Of a DNA stretch of 32,000 nt, positions 22,243 to 30,383 are shown one piece after another. Made by a program: the position numbers and the translations under genes. The notes beneath the pieces are model-generated. The model had not been told where the DNA came from. It did no database searches and saw only the letters and a program-made list of their open reading frames with translations. Position 1 is the first letter of the stretch; each line of letters starts with the position of its first letter. Origin of the DNA: Dickeya dadantii NCPPB 898 (GTDB lineage Bacteria > Pseudomonadota > Gammaproteobacteria > Enterobacterales > Enterobacteriaceae); NCBI RefSeq assembly GCF_000406145.1, contig NZ_CM001976.1:3774955-3806954 (forward strand), in the 5' to 3' direction.

Positions 22243-23604
22243 TTAAAACGTTGAATTCTTAGGTAACTCACGTCCGAATACCGGGCGTTTGCGATCAAAC
22301 TTCCAGCCGGGGATCAGGTACTGCATGGCCGCCGCGTCATTACGCGCGCCGCTCGGCAGTTTTTTGTGCAGCTCATGGGCTTTCATCACCTGTTCCATAT
22401 CCAGTTCGATACCCAGCCCCGGTCGCTCCGGCACCTTGATTTTGCCGTTCACAATCTGCAGCGGTTCTTTGGTCAGATGCTGGCCTTCCTGCCAAATCCA
22501 GTGGGTGTCGATCGCCGTCGGCTTACCGGGCGCCGCGGCGCCTACGTGGGTGAACATCGCCAGCGAAATGTCGAAGTGGTTATTGGAGTGGCAACCCCAG
22601 GTCAACCCCCACTCGTCGCACAGCTGCGCCACTCGCACCGCGCCATGCATGGTCCAGAAATGCGGGTCCGCCAGCGGAATATCCACCGACTGCAACATCA
22701 CGGCGTGGTTCATCTCACGCCAGTTGGTGGCGATCATGTTGGTGGCGACCGGCAAACCGGTGGCGCGACGGAATTCCGCCATCACCTCGCGGCCGGAGAA
22801 ACCCTGCTCGGCGCCGCACGGATCTTCGGCGTAAGTCAGCACACCGTTCAGGCCCTTGCACAAGCCAATCGCTTCATCCAGCAGCCAGGCGCCGTTCGGG
22901 TCCACCGTGATGCGAGCATCCGGAAAACGCTTTTTCAGCGCCTTGACGGCGTCGATTTCCAGCTCGCCCGGCAGCACGCCGCCTTTCAGCTTGAAGTCTT
23001 TGAAGCCGTAGCGATCGGCCGCCGCTTCCGCCAGCCGCACCACCGATGCGCTGTCCATCGCCTTCTGATGACGCAGGTGATACCACGGATGCTTACCCTG
23101 CTCGCCTTCAAGATAAGGCAGATCGGTTTTGGTGCGATCGCCGATATAGAACAGGTAACCAAGCACCGTCACGTCGTCGCGCTGCTTGCCCGGCCCCAAC
23201 AATTCAGCCACCGGCACATTCAGGTGCTGACCCAGCAGATCCAGCAGGGCGGCTTCCAGTGCGGCGACAGCGTTGACCCGCAATTCGAACGTCCAGGCGC
23301 CGTTGCCGAACGAGTCGAAATCCGAAGACTGGTTGCCTTTGTGAACCTGATGCACCAGATGGTTCATGCGCGCCACCTGCGCGCCCACCACCAGTGGGAT
23401 TGCCGCCGTCAGCGTGTTGTAAATCACCTCGCCGCCCGGCGCTTCGCCTACGCCGGTGTGCCCGGCGTTGTCTGTCAGAATCACGATGTTACGGGTGAAA
23501 TACGCCCCGTGCGCGCCGCCAATATTGAGCAACATGCTGTCATAGCCCGCGACGGGGATGACTTTCATGTCGGTAATGACAGGGGTGTCTTGCGTACTGC
23601 TCAT
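22243..23604 (-). CDS. gudX: Glucarate dehydratase-related enolase-superfamily protein
   Basis: 453 aa paralogue of gudD with GudX-type residues (…[39 protein letters not shown]…). Its position between gudP and gudD matches E. coli. Confidence 0.85.
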   Translation of the reverse strand: MSSTQDTPVITDMKVIPVAGYDSMLLNIGGAHGAYFTRNIVILTDNAGHTGVGEAPGGEVIYNTLTAAIPLVVGAQVARMNHLVHQVHKGNQSSDFDSFGNGAWTFELRVNAVAALEAALLDLLGQHLNVPVAELLGPGKQRDDVTVLGYLFYIGDRTKTDLPYLEGEQGKHPWYHLRHQKAMDSASVVRLAEAAADRYGFKDFKLKGGVLPGELEIDAVKALKKRFPDARITVDPNGAWLLDEAIGLCKGLNGVLTYAEDPCGAEQGFSGREVMAEFRRATGLPVATNMIATNWREMNHAVMLQSVDIPLADPHFWTMHGAVRVAQLCDEWGLTWGCHSNNHFDISLAMFTHVGAAAPGKPTAIDTHWIWQEGQHLTKEPLQIVNGKIKVPERPGLGIELDMEQVMKAHELHKKLPSGARNDAAAMQYLIPGWKFDRKRPVFGRELPKNSTF

Positions 23605-23624
23605 AGTCTCATCCTTACCCTACA

Positions 23625-24977
23625 TCATTGGGGTTTGTAGGGTTTCAATTCGATGCGCTTGATATCCTGCACGATGAACAGGAAGCTCAGAATCGCCACC
23701 AGCGCATGGATACCGACGTAGATCAGGCCGCCGTTGAACGAACCGGTGCTGCCGACGATGTAGCCGATGGCAATCGGAGTCACAATGCCGGAGATGTTGC
23801 CGAACATGTTGAACAGGCCGCCGCTCAGGCCGCTGATTTCTTTCGGCGCCGTATCCGCCATCACCGCCCAGCCCAGCGCGCCGATGCCTTTGCCGAAGAA
23901 CGCCGCCGCCATCACCGCAATCACCACCCATTCCGTGGTGACGTAGTTACAAACCACCATCGACATGGAGAGCAACATACCCAGCACAATCGGCGTCTTA
24001 CGGGCAACGGTAAGTGATTGGGTGCGACGCATCAGGTAATCGGAAATCACGCCGCCCAGCACGCCGCCCACGAATCCGCAAATGGCCGGGATCGACGCCA
24101 CAAAACCGGCTTTCAGAATCGACATACCGCGCGCCTGAACCAGATACACCGGGAACCAGGTAATAAAGAAGTAGGTCAGCGCGTTGATGCAGTATTGACC
24201 AAGATAGACGCCCATCATCATGCGGGAAGTCAGTAATTGTTTAATCTGATGCCACTTCTCGCCGCGGGCGACCTCTTTTTTCGTCGCCGACACATCCATG
24301 TTGACCAGCGCGCCGCCCGCTTCGATGTACTCCAGTTCCGCCTTGTTCACGCTGGGGTGATCTTTCGGGTCGTGAATCACTTTCAGCCACAGGAAACTGA
24401 TAACGATGCCAAGACCGCCCATGAACCAGAATACGTGCGCCCAACCCACTTCGTGCGTCAGCCAGCCCATGATGGGAGCGAAGATAACGGTGGCGAAATA
24501 CTGGGCGGAGTTAAAGATAGCGACGGCGGTACCGCGCTCCTGCGCCGGGAACCAGGCCGCTACAATGCGGCTGTTACCAGGGAAGGACGGGGATTCGCAC
24601 AACCCGACCATAAAGCGCAGCATAAACAGCGAAATCACGATGGCTGAACCGTGGAACAGATCCACGAACCCTTGTAACAGGGTAAACAGCGACCAGGTGA
24701 AAATACTCCAGAAATAGACTCGTTTGGAACCGAAGCGGTCAAGCAGCCAGCCGCCGGGGATTTGGCCGATGACATAAGCCCAGGAAAACGCGGAGAAGAT
24801 ATAGCCCATGCCCACGGCATCAAGACCAATCTCTTTGGACATGGCGGAACCGGCGATGGAGATCGTGGCGCGGTCGCCATAGTTGAATGACGTGACAATA
24901 AACAGCATCACGACAATCCAGTAACGGGCGTTGGTTTTCTTTTGTAATACGCCTGCTGCTGTGCTGACGGTATTCAT
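23625..24977 (-). CDS. gudP: MFS (ACS family) glucarate/galactarate transporter
   Basis: 450 aa, 12-TM-like, FNYGDRATISIAGSAMSKEIGLD… typical of GudP/GarP. It is the first gene of the gudPXD order. Confidence 0.88.
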   Translation of the reverse strand: MNTVSTAAGVLQKKTNARYWIVVMLFIVTSFNYGDRATISIAGSAMSKEIGLDAVGMGYIFSAFSWAYVIGQIPGGWLLDRFGSKRVYFWSIFTWSLFTLLQGFVDLFHGSAIVISLFMLRFMVGLCESPSFPGNSRIVAAWFPAQERGTAVAIFNSAQYFATVIFAPIMGWLTHEVGWAHVFWFMGGLGIVISFLWLKVIHDPKDHPSVNKAELEYIEAGGALVNMDVSATKKEVARGEKWHQIKQLLTSRMMMGVYLGQYCINALTYFFITWFPVYLVQARGMSILKAGFVASIPAICGFVGGVLGGVISDYLMRRTQSLTVARKTPIVLGMLLSMSMVVCNYVTTEWVVIAVMAAAFFGKGIGALGWAVMADTAPKEISGLSGGLFNMFGNISGIVTPIAIGYIVGSTGSFNGGLIYVGIHALVAILSFLFIVQDIKRIELKPYKPQ

Positions 24978-25021
24978 GATGAACTCCTACTTTCAGATAG
25001 CGGTTAGCTCATTCATTCCGA

Positions 25022-25051
25022 ATAACAACACAATGTATAACAACACAATGT
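25022..25051. repeat. Perfect 15-bp tandem direct repeat (ATAACAACACAATGT x2), 45-75 nt upstream of the gudP start
   Basis: Read directly: 25022-25036 equals 25037-25051. It is a possible regulator binding site in the gudP leader or promoter. Confidence 0.8.
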
Positions 25052-25549
25052 AGGGTTGGGTTACCAGAATGAAATCAAGAGTCGGTAATAGTTTGAAACC
25101 TGAGCAAAGGAACAAACAGAACAGCAAAAATAAACCACGAGACCTCTTCGACTTCTGGAGAGAATTATAAAGGGCGACTTTGGCAGCCTCACTGGACAAG
25201 CGCCCAACAATTACCGCCATCACCAACACGGATCATTGCAATCGCCCAACGGATTGGGAGTCATTTCACGAAAACGCCGTTTTTTGTCGTTCTGGTCGCA
25301 GAGCATGGTGGTGCCGATAAGGAAGGAAAAACGCGGGGAACGGAATAATGTGACAAGTCTCACTGCCTATTGTTTCTTCGCCAGAGAAATTAAGCACAGT
25401 GCATCAGGATGTCGGTCAATTGCATAATGCCTGTTGGCAGAAAGCTCACCTATACTGGTGCCGAGCAAAGTCATTATTAGCAGTAGCAGCGAAAATAAAC
25501 CGCGCGTTATAACTTTAACCAGCGTTATAAACATATGAAGGTTAACATC

Positions 25550-27124
25550 ATGTCAGATAACATAACAAAGGGTGTGGCCAGTGAGCGGCCGCTTTATATC
25601 AAGGTCCATGAGTCTGACAATGTTGCCATTGTCGTCAACAATAACGGCCTGAAAGCCGGCACCCGATTCAACTGCGGCCTGGAACTGAAAGAACACGTAC
25701 CGCAGGGTCACAAGGTCGCATTAAGCGATATCGCCCTCGGCGCGTCCATCGTCCGTTACGGCGAAATCATCGGCTACGCCCTCAGGGACATCGCCCGCGG
25801 CAGTTGGATCGATGAGTCGTTGGTGGAATTGCCCAACGCCCCGGCGCTGGAAACACTGCCGCTGGCGACTCGGGTTCCACCTGCACTGCCACCGCTGGAA
25901 GGTTATACCTTTGAAGGCTACCGTAATCCGGACGGCAGCGTCGGCACCAAAAACCTGCTCGGCATTACCACCAGCGTCCATTGCGTCGCCGGCGTGGTGG
26001 ATTACGTCGTCACGCTGATCGAACGCGACCTGCTGCCCCGTTACCCCAACGTGGATGGCGTGGTGGCGCTGAACCATTTGTACGGCTGCGGTGTGGCGAT
26101 CAATGCCCCGGCCGCGGTAGTGCCGATTCGCACCATCCATAACCTGGCGCTGAACCCGAACTTCGGCGGCGAGGTGCTGGTGGTCGGGCTGGGTTGCGAA
26201 AAACTCCAGCCGGAACGCCTGTTGCAGGGCACGCCGGATGTGCAGGCCATCTCACTGGACGACACCAGTATCGTGCGGCTGCAGGATGAACATCATGTCG
26301 GTTTCAAATCGATGGTGGACGATATCCTGACCATGGCGGATAAGCATCTGCAACAGCTCAACCGCCGTAAGCGCGAAACGGTGCCGGCTTCCGAACTGGT
26401 GGTCGGCATGCAGTGCGGCGGCAGCGATGCCTTTTCCGGCGTGACCGCCAACCCGGCGGTGGGATTCGCCTCCGACTTGTTGGTACGTTGCGGCGCCACG
26501 GTGATGTTTTCCGAAGTCACCGAAGTCCGTGACGCCATCCATCTGCTCACGCCACGCGCCATCAATGAAGAAGTGGGTAAACGCCTGCTGGAAGAGATGG
26601 CCTGGTATGACGATTATCTGGACAGCGGCAAGACCGACCGCAGCGCCAACCCGTCTCCCGGCAACAAGAAGGGTGGCCTGGCCAACGTGGTGGAAAAAGC
26701 GCTGGGGTCTATCGCCAAATCCGGCACCAGCGCGATTGTCGAAGTGCTGTCGCCGGGTCAGCGCCCGACCAGGCGCGGTCTGATTTACGCGGCCACGCCG
26801 GCCAGCGACTTTGTGTGCGGCACGCAGCAACTGGCTTCCGGCATCACGGTGCAGGTCTTCACCACCGGACGCGGCACCCCTTACGGGCTGAAAGCCGTGC
26901 CGGTTATCAAGATGGCGACCCGCACGGCGCTGGCGGAACGCTGGCATGACTTGATGGATATCAACGCCGGCACCATTGCCACCGGCGAAGCCACCATTGA
27001 GGATGTGGGCTGGCAGTTATTCCGTTTTATTCTGGATATCGCCAGCGGCAGGAAAAAAACCTGGTCCGATCAATGGGGCCTGCACAACGCCCTGTCGGTA
27101 TTCAACCCGGCGCCGGTTACCTGA
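25550..27124 (+). CDS. garD: Galactarate dehydratase
   Basis: Collinear with E. coli GarD (…[25 protein letters not shown]…FNPAPVT). Start placed at Met6 of the track ORF (25550) because GAAGG lies 8 nt upstream. 25535 remains possible. Confidence 0.92.
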   Translation: MSDNITKGVASERPLYIKVHESDNVAIVVNNNGLKAGTRFNCGLELKEHVPQGHKVALSDIALGASIVRYGEIIGYALRDIARGSWIDESLVELPNAPALETLPLATRVPPALPPLEGYTFEGYRNPDGSVGTKNLLGITTSVHCVAGVVDYVVTLIERDLLPRYPNVDGVVALNHLYGCGVAINAPAAVVPIRTIHNLALNPNFGGEVLVVGLGCEKLQPERLLQGTPDVQAISLDDTSIVRLQDEHHVGFKSMVDDILTMADKHLQQLNRRKRETVPASELVVGMQCGGSDAFSGVTANPAVGFASDLLVRCGATVMFSEVTEVRDAIHLLTPRAINEEVGKRLLEEMAWYDDYLDSGKTDRSANPSPGNKKGGLANVVEKALGSIAKSGTSAIVEVLSPGQRPTRRGLIYAATPASDFVCGTQQLASGITVQVFTTGRGTPYGLKAVPVIKMATRTALAERWHDLMDINAGTIATGEATIEDVGWQLFRFILDIASGRKKTWSDQWGLHNALSVFNPAPVT

Positions 27125-27165
27125 TACGCCTATTTACGCGTTAACCACCCACGCGTTAACCGCCC

Positions 27166-27204
27166 CGCTCGCCACCGGATGTTTGATCCGGTGGCGAGCG
27201 TTTT
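27166..27204 (+). terminator. Strong rho-independent terminator of garD
   Basis: 14-bp perfect stem cgctcgccaccgga / tccggtggcgagcg, 7-nt loop, followed by tttt. Confidence 0.85.
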
Positions 27205-27475
27205 AAAATATTTCCCGCCCGCAACCTTTTATTAATTAGCTATATCATCCACGTAAATTTATTTTCGATAGAAAATAGCCAGCCGTTCATTTCATTGCGT
27301 CACCATTTAATTTCACTTAATAATTCGCACTATTGCCTTTTATTTTCACAAAGCACTTTTTCGTTACTGCTGTTAATAAAACGTTTTTATTGTGATCTCG
27401 GCTTTAAGAAAAAATAGAACAATATTTAATAAACCCAAATAAGGTAAAAAAAACGCCGCTCAAAAAATGATTTCA

Positions 27476-27503
27476 TTGACAACACAAAGACGCAAAGCAT
27501 AAA
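27476..27503 (+). promoter_or_regulatory. Candidate sigma-70 promoter inside the AT-rich leader
   Basis: Perfect -35 TTGACA (27476-27481), 16-nt spacer, then CATAAA (27498-27503). The region is AT-rich, so chance matches are likely. Confidence 0.25.
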
Positions 27504-27538
27504 TTCCCCCTTACAAAAAAATGGAATAACTTTACTCA

Positions 27539-27571
27539 GGGATGCTTTGAAATTTAAAGCGCCCTTTTTTT
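27539..27571 (+). terminator. Intrinsic-terminator-like hairpin plus T7 about 145 nt upstream of the aer-like start (attenuator or small-RNA 3' end)
   Basis: gggaugcuuu / aaagcgccc stem (9 pairs including one G-U, one bulged A), 7-nt loop, followed by ttttttt (27565-27571). It is oriented for the plus strand only. Confidence 0.5.
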
Positions 27572-27713
27572 CGTATCTTTTAACCTTGTGTTAAAAAAAA
27601 TAAAAATGATGATTCAACACACCTCTCAGCCCGTGTGATTAATCAGGCCGTGCTCACACGTCGGCCCTTCTATTCTCACGATATATTATTGATACACAGC
27701 ATCGGGGTTTCCA

Positions 27714-29249
27714 ATGAGGGTTAATGCACCTATTACACAACAGGAATACCTGTTGGATGACGGCACTACATTAATGTCGACCACGGATGTTAAAAGCCAC
27801 ATCACTTACGCCAATTCCGCCTTTATCCGCGTCAGCGGTTTTGATGAACATGAATTGATGGGAACGCCGCACAATATTGTGCGTCATCCGGATATGCCTG
27901 TCGAAGCCTTCGCCGACATGTGGTACACGCTGCAGCAGGGAGACAGCTGGACCGGTCTGGTTAAAAACCGTCGCAAGAACGGCGATCATTACTGGGTACG
28001 CGCCAACGTCACGCCGGTTTATCACCATAATCAGCTCGCCGGTTATATTTCGGTGCGCAATACCCCCAAAGCGGAAGAAATTCAGGCGGCGGAACCCTTG
28101 TACGAAGCAGTACAAAGTAAGCAGGCGCGCCATCTTCGGTTTTATAAAGGACTGGTGGTTCGAACCGGTGTGTTCTCGGTTCTGTCGCTGTTCCAGCGGC
28201 TATCGGTACGCTCACGGTTACGACTCGCGGTCCTGCTTGGCGGTCTGGTGCCGCTGGCGCTGACCTTACTGGGTTGCGGCGCGACGACGTCGATTGTCGC
28301 TACCCTACTATTGATGGTAACGATCGATCGGTTTCTGCAACGGCAAATCGCGCATCCGCTGCGTTTGATTCTGCGCCAGGCGCAACAGGTGGTGTCAGGT
28401 CGCCGGGCGGACAGCATTCATCTCAACCGGGTGGATGAAATCGGCCTGCTGCTGCGGGTGGTCAATCAGTTCGGGCTGAACCTGCATTCGCTGGTGGACG
28501 ACGTCGGCACGCAGGTCGCGGGCATCAACAGCGTCAGCCAGCAGTTAGCCGACAGCAACGGCGATCTGAGCGCGCGCACCGAGGAAACCTCCGCCAATCT
28601 GCAACAGACAGCGGCAGCCATCGAGCAGATTACCGTCGCGGTTCAACAGAGCGCGGACACCGCCACACAGGCGACCCAAATGGCGCAAAACGCCAGCCTG
28701 TCCGCCAGTAAAGGCGGCGATATCATGGCTGAAGCAGTGGGCATGATGGAGGCGATTTCGAACGCCAGCCGCAAAATCGTCGATATCATCGGCGTCATCG
28801 ACAGCATCGCGTTTCAGACCAACATCCTGGCGCTCAATGCCGCGGTGGAAGCGGCGCGGGCCGGTGTGGAAGGACGCGGCTTTGCCGTCGTAGCGGCGGA
28901 AGTACGTAGCCTGGCGCAGCATTCCGCGTCTGCCGCCCGCGAAATCAAAACGCTGATCGATGCCAACATGACCAGCGTTGAAAACGGCAGCGCGCTGGTG
29001 GACAAAGCCGGTCTGCATATTCAGGACATCGTCAACGACGTGCAACAGGTCGCGACCATGATCAGCGAGATCAGCAACGCCACCCGCGAACAAACCGCCG
29101 CGCTGTCGCTGATTAATGACTCCATTGCCCAGATCGAGCAGATGACCGCCGGCAATACCGGTATGGTCGATCAGTCAGCCGAGTTCGCCACCAGCCTCAG
29201 CAGGCAAGCGCTGCGGTTGACCGATGCGATTAATGTCTACGGGAAATGA
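27714..29249 (+). CDS. aer: Aerotaxis-type methyl-accepting chemotaxis protein (N-terminal PAS, membrane hairpin, HAMP, MCP signalling domain)
   Basis: 511 aa, collinear with E. coli Aer: TTLMSTTD…HNIVRHPDMP…KNRRKNGDHYWVRANV (PAS/FAD region) and IAFQTNILALNAAVEAARAG…GFAVVAAEVRSLA (highly conserved MCP hairpin). Confidence 0.85.
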   Translation: MRVNAPITQQEYLLDDGTTLMSTTDVKSHITYANSAFIRVSGFDEHELMGTPHNIVRHPDMPVEAFADMWYTLQQGDSWTGLVKNRRKNGDHYWVRANVTPVYHHNQLAGYISVRNTPKAEEIQAAEPLYEAVQSKQARHLRFYKGLVVRTGVFSVLSLFQRLSVRSRLRLAVLLGGLVPLALTLLGCGATTSIVATLLLMVTIDRFLQRQIAHPLRLILRQAQQVVSGRRADSIHLNRVDEIGLLLRVVNQFGLNLHSLVDDVGTQVAGINSVSQQLADSNGDLSARTEETSANLQQTAAAIEQITVAVQQSADTATQATQMAQNASLSASKGGDIMAEAVGMMEAISNASRKIVDIIGVIDSIAFQTNILALNAAVEAARAGVEGRGFAVVAAEVRSLAQHSASAAREIKTLIDANMTSVENGSALVDKAGLHIQDIVNDVQQVATMISEISNATREQTAALSLINDSIAQIEQMTAGNTGMVDQSAEFATSLSRQALRLTDAINVYGK

Positions 29250-29268
29250 TTAATGTCTACGGGAAATA
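29229..29268. repeat. 20-bp tandem duplication spanning the aer-like stop codon
   Basis: attaatgtctacgggaaatG (29229-29248) is followed by attaatgtctacgggaaatA (29249-29268), 19/20 identical. The stop TGA is at 29247-29249. Confidence 0.85.
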
Positions 29269-29368
29269 ATGGTTGGCGCAAAGATACAATTCTTTACGCC
29301 TTGCCCCGAGCAAAGGGTAGATAGAATTCGCTTTTTGGTTAATAATCACTCATAAGATCGCGCCAGGT

Positions 29369-29376
29369 GCCGATAA
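29369..29376 (+). promoter_or_regulatory. Sigma-28 (FliA)-type -10 element upstream of small gene A; -35 poorly positioned
   Basis: Exact GCCGATAA, 59 nt before the ATG. The upstream aatcac…taag segment is homologous to the gene B promoter but carries about 7 extra nt, so no TAAA lies at consensus spacing. Confidence 0.4.
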
Positions 29377-29427
29377 CAGAGATAGCAGGGACAGTCCCCT
29401 GCCCAGACGACATAATCAGGAGGATGT

Positions 29428-29760
29428 ATGCTGAGTCCAATTACCAGCTCTGCGTTTGCAGTGATGCCGGTGCCAGCATCCACCAGCGTCGAAACCAACA
29501 CTGAACAGAAGGTTTCCGATCGCAATCTGCAAAACCTGAAAGCCGCCGAGACATCTGGCGAAAGCACGAAAAAGCAGCAGGAAACCACGATTAACGGTCA
29601 GCAGCAGTCGATGCAGGCCCAGATTGTCGTGATGCAGGGTCAAATCGCACAGTTGCAAACCCAGCAAGTGCCGCCGCCGCAGGAAAGCAAACCGCTGGTC
29701 AAGCCGGTTGAAGGCGTCAATCGCCCGTCGGCCGAACACGCGATTGATATTTACATCTGA
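29428..29760 (+). CDS. Small Q-rich coiled-coil protein, FlxA-like family (most divergent of three paralogues)
   Basis: 110 aa with SD AGGAGG 4 nt upstream. It shares the QxxMQAQIxxxQxQIxQLQ core and the C-terminal IDIYI with the next two ORFs, and is followed by its own terminator. Confidence 0.75.
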   Translation: MLSPITSSAFAVMPVPASTSVETNTEQKVSDRNLQNLKAAETSGESTKKQQETTINGQQQSMQAQIVVMQGQIAQLQTQQVPPPQESKPLVKPVEGVNRPSAEHAIDIYI

Positions 29761-29790
29761 TCGGTCGGAACGTGAAATCACATAGCCAAG

Positions 29791-29820
29791 CCCGCTACCA
29801 ACCCAGCGGGTTTTGTTTTT
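29791..29820 (+). terminator. Rho-independent terminator of small gene A
   Basis: cccgct / agcggg stem with an 8-nt loop, followed by ttttgttttt. Confidence 0.75.
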
Positions 29821-29844
29821 CAGGGTGAAGGCAATCTCAATCAT

Positions 29845-29873
29845 TAAAATCACCTCGTAAGCTGCACCGATAA
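29845..29873 (+). promoter_or_regulatory. Sigma-28-type promoter of small gene B
   Basis: TAAAATCA-N13-ACCGATAA compared with the consensus TAAAGTTT-N11-GCCGATAA. The -10 lies 44 nt before the ATG. Confidence 0.5.
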
Positions 29874-29909
29874 CAACATCACGGGTATCACGATTTCAAG
29901 GAGATACGT

Positions 29910-30260
29910 ATGGTAGGTTCAGTTGGTTCGGCAACATCAACTCCGGGAGCAGCAAGCACCAGCACCGCAGGCGTTGAACAAAAGGTCGTGCAACTCACCA
30001 AGCAGGTTCAGTCCCTGACCAAAGAGCTGGGTACAGTGGCAGCAAAAATGCTCGCAGCTAAGACGGATGAAGAGCGCCAGTTGCTTCAGCAGCAGCAGAA
30101 AATGCTGCAGGCGCAGATCCAGCAATTACAGCAGCAGATTCAGCAACTGCAACAGCAAAAAGCCCAGCAGCAATCACAAGCAACGGACATCACCTCGTCC
30201 GCTCAGCAGGAAAAGAGTAATCCGCTTGCCGCTGACCGTTCGGTCGATATCTATATCTGA
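29910..30260 (+). CDS. Small Q-rich coiled-coil protein, FlxA-like family
   Basis: 116 aa with SD AAGGAG 6 nt upstream. Ser/Thr/Gly/Ala-rich N-terminus, TDEERQLLQQQQKMLQAQIQQLQQQIQQLQQQK core, C-terminal VDIYI. Confidence 0.8.
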   Translation: MVGSVGSATSTPGAASTSTAGVEQKVVQLTKQVQSLTKELGTVAAKMLAAKTDEERQLLQQQQKMLQAQIQQLQQQIQQLQQQKAQQQSQATDITSSAQQEKSNPLAADRSVDIYI

Positions 30261-30319
30261 TAGACCATTATTCCTGCTGACGCATTTGTATGGTCTTTGT
30301 CAGGAAAGCGAAAAGCCAA

Positions 30320-30347
30320 TAAAGATACCACTGTGCTATGCCGATAA
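30320..30347 (+). promoter_or_regulatory. Sigma-28-type promoter of small gene C (best match of the three)
   Basis: TAAAGATA-N12-GCCGATAA compared with the consensus TAAAGTTT-N11-GCCGATAA. The -10 lies 44 nt before the ATG, the same distance as for gene B. Confidence 0.7.
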
Positions 30348-30383
30348 CGGCATAGCCACTGTGGCTATTTTCAGGAGGAATTT

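Noticed and set aside
25311-25319. GCCGATAAG, a sigma-28 -10-like octamer in the gudP-garD intergenic region.
   Set aside because: No TAAA-type -35 lies at the required distance, and there is no functional link to the flagellar regulon. It is most likely a chance occurrence.
27136-27161. 11-bp direct repeat ACGCGTTAACC x2 (15-bp period) just after the garD stop.
   Set aside because: The repeat is real but short, and sits between a stop codon and a strong terminator. No function can be inferred.
27375-27391. AATAAAACGTTTTTATT palindrome as a KdgR box.
   Set aside because: The half-site spacing is about 2 nt shorter than the KdgR consensus as I recall it, and palindromes arise easily in AT-rich sequence. 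It is mentioned in a finding but not called.
27633-27659. TGTGA…TCACA, resembling a CRP site, upstream of the aer-like gene.
   Set aside because: The half-sites are separated by 15 nt instead of the 6 nt required for CRP. It is retained only as a generic inverted repeat.
30262-30303. Terminator after FlxA-like gene B (agaccat…atggtct, or ctgac…gtcag).
   Set aside because: The stems are only 5-7 bp, with 17-21-nt loops and a very short T tract. B-to-C read-through cannot be excluded, so no terminator is called.
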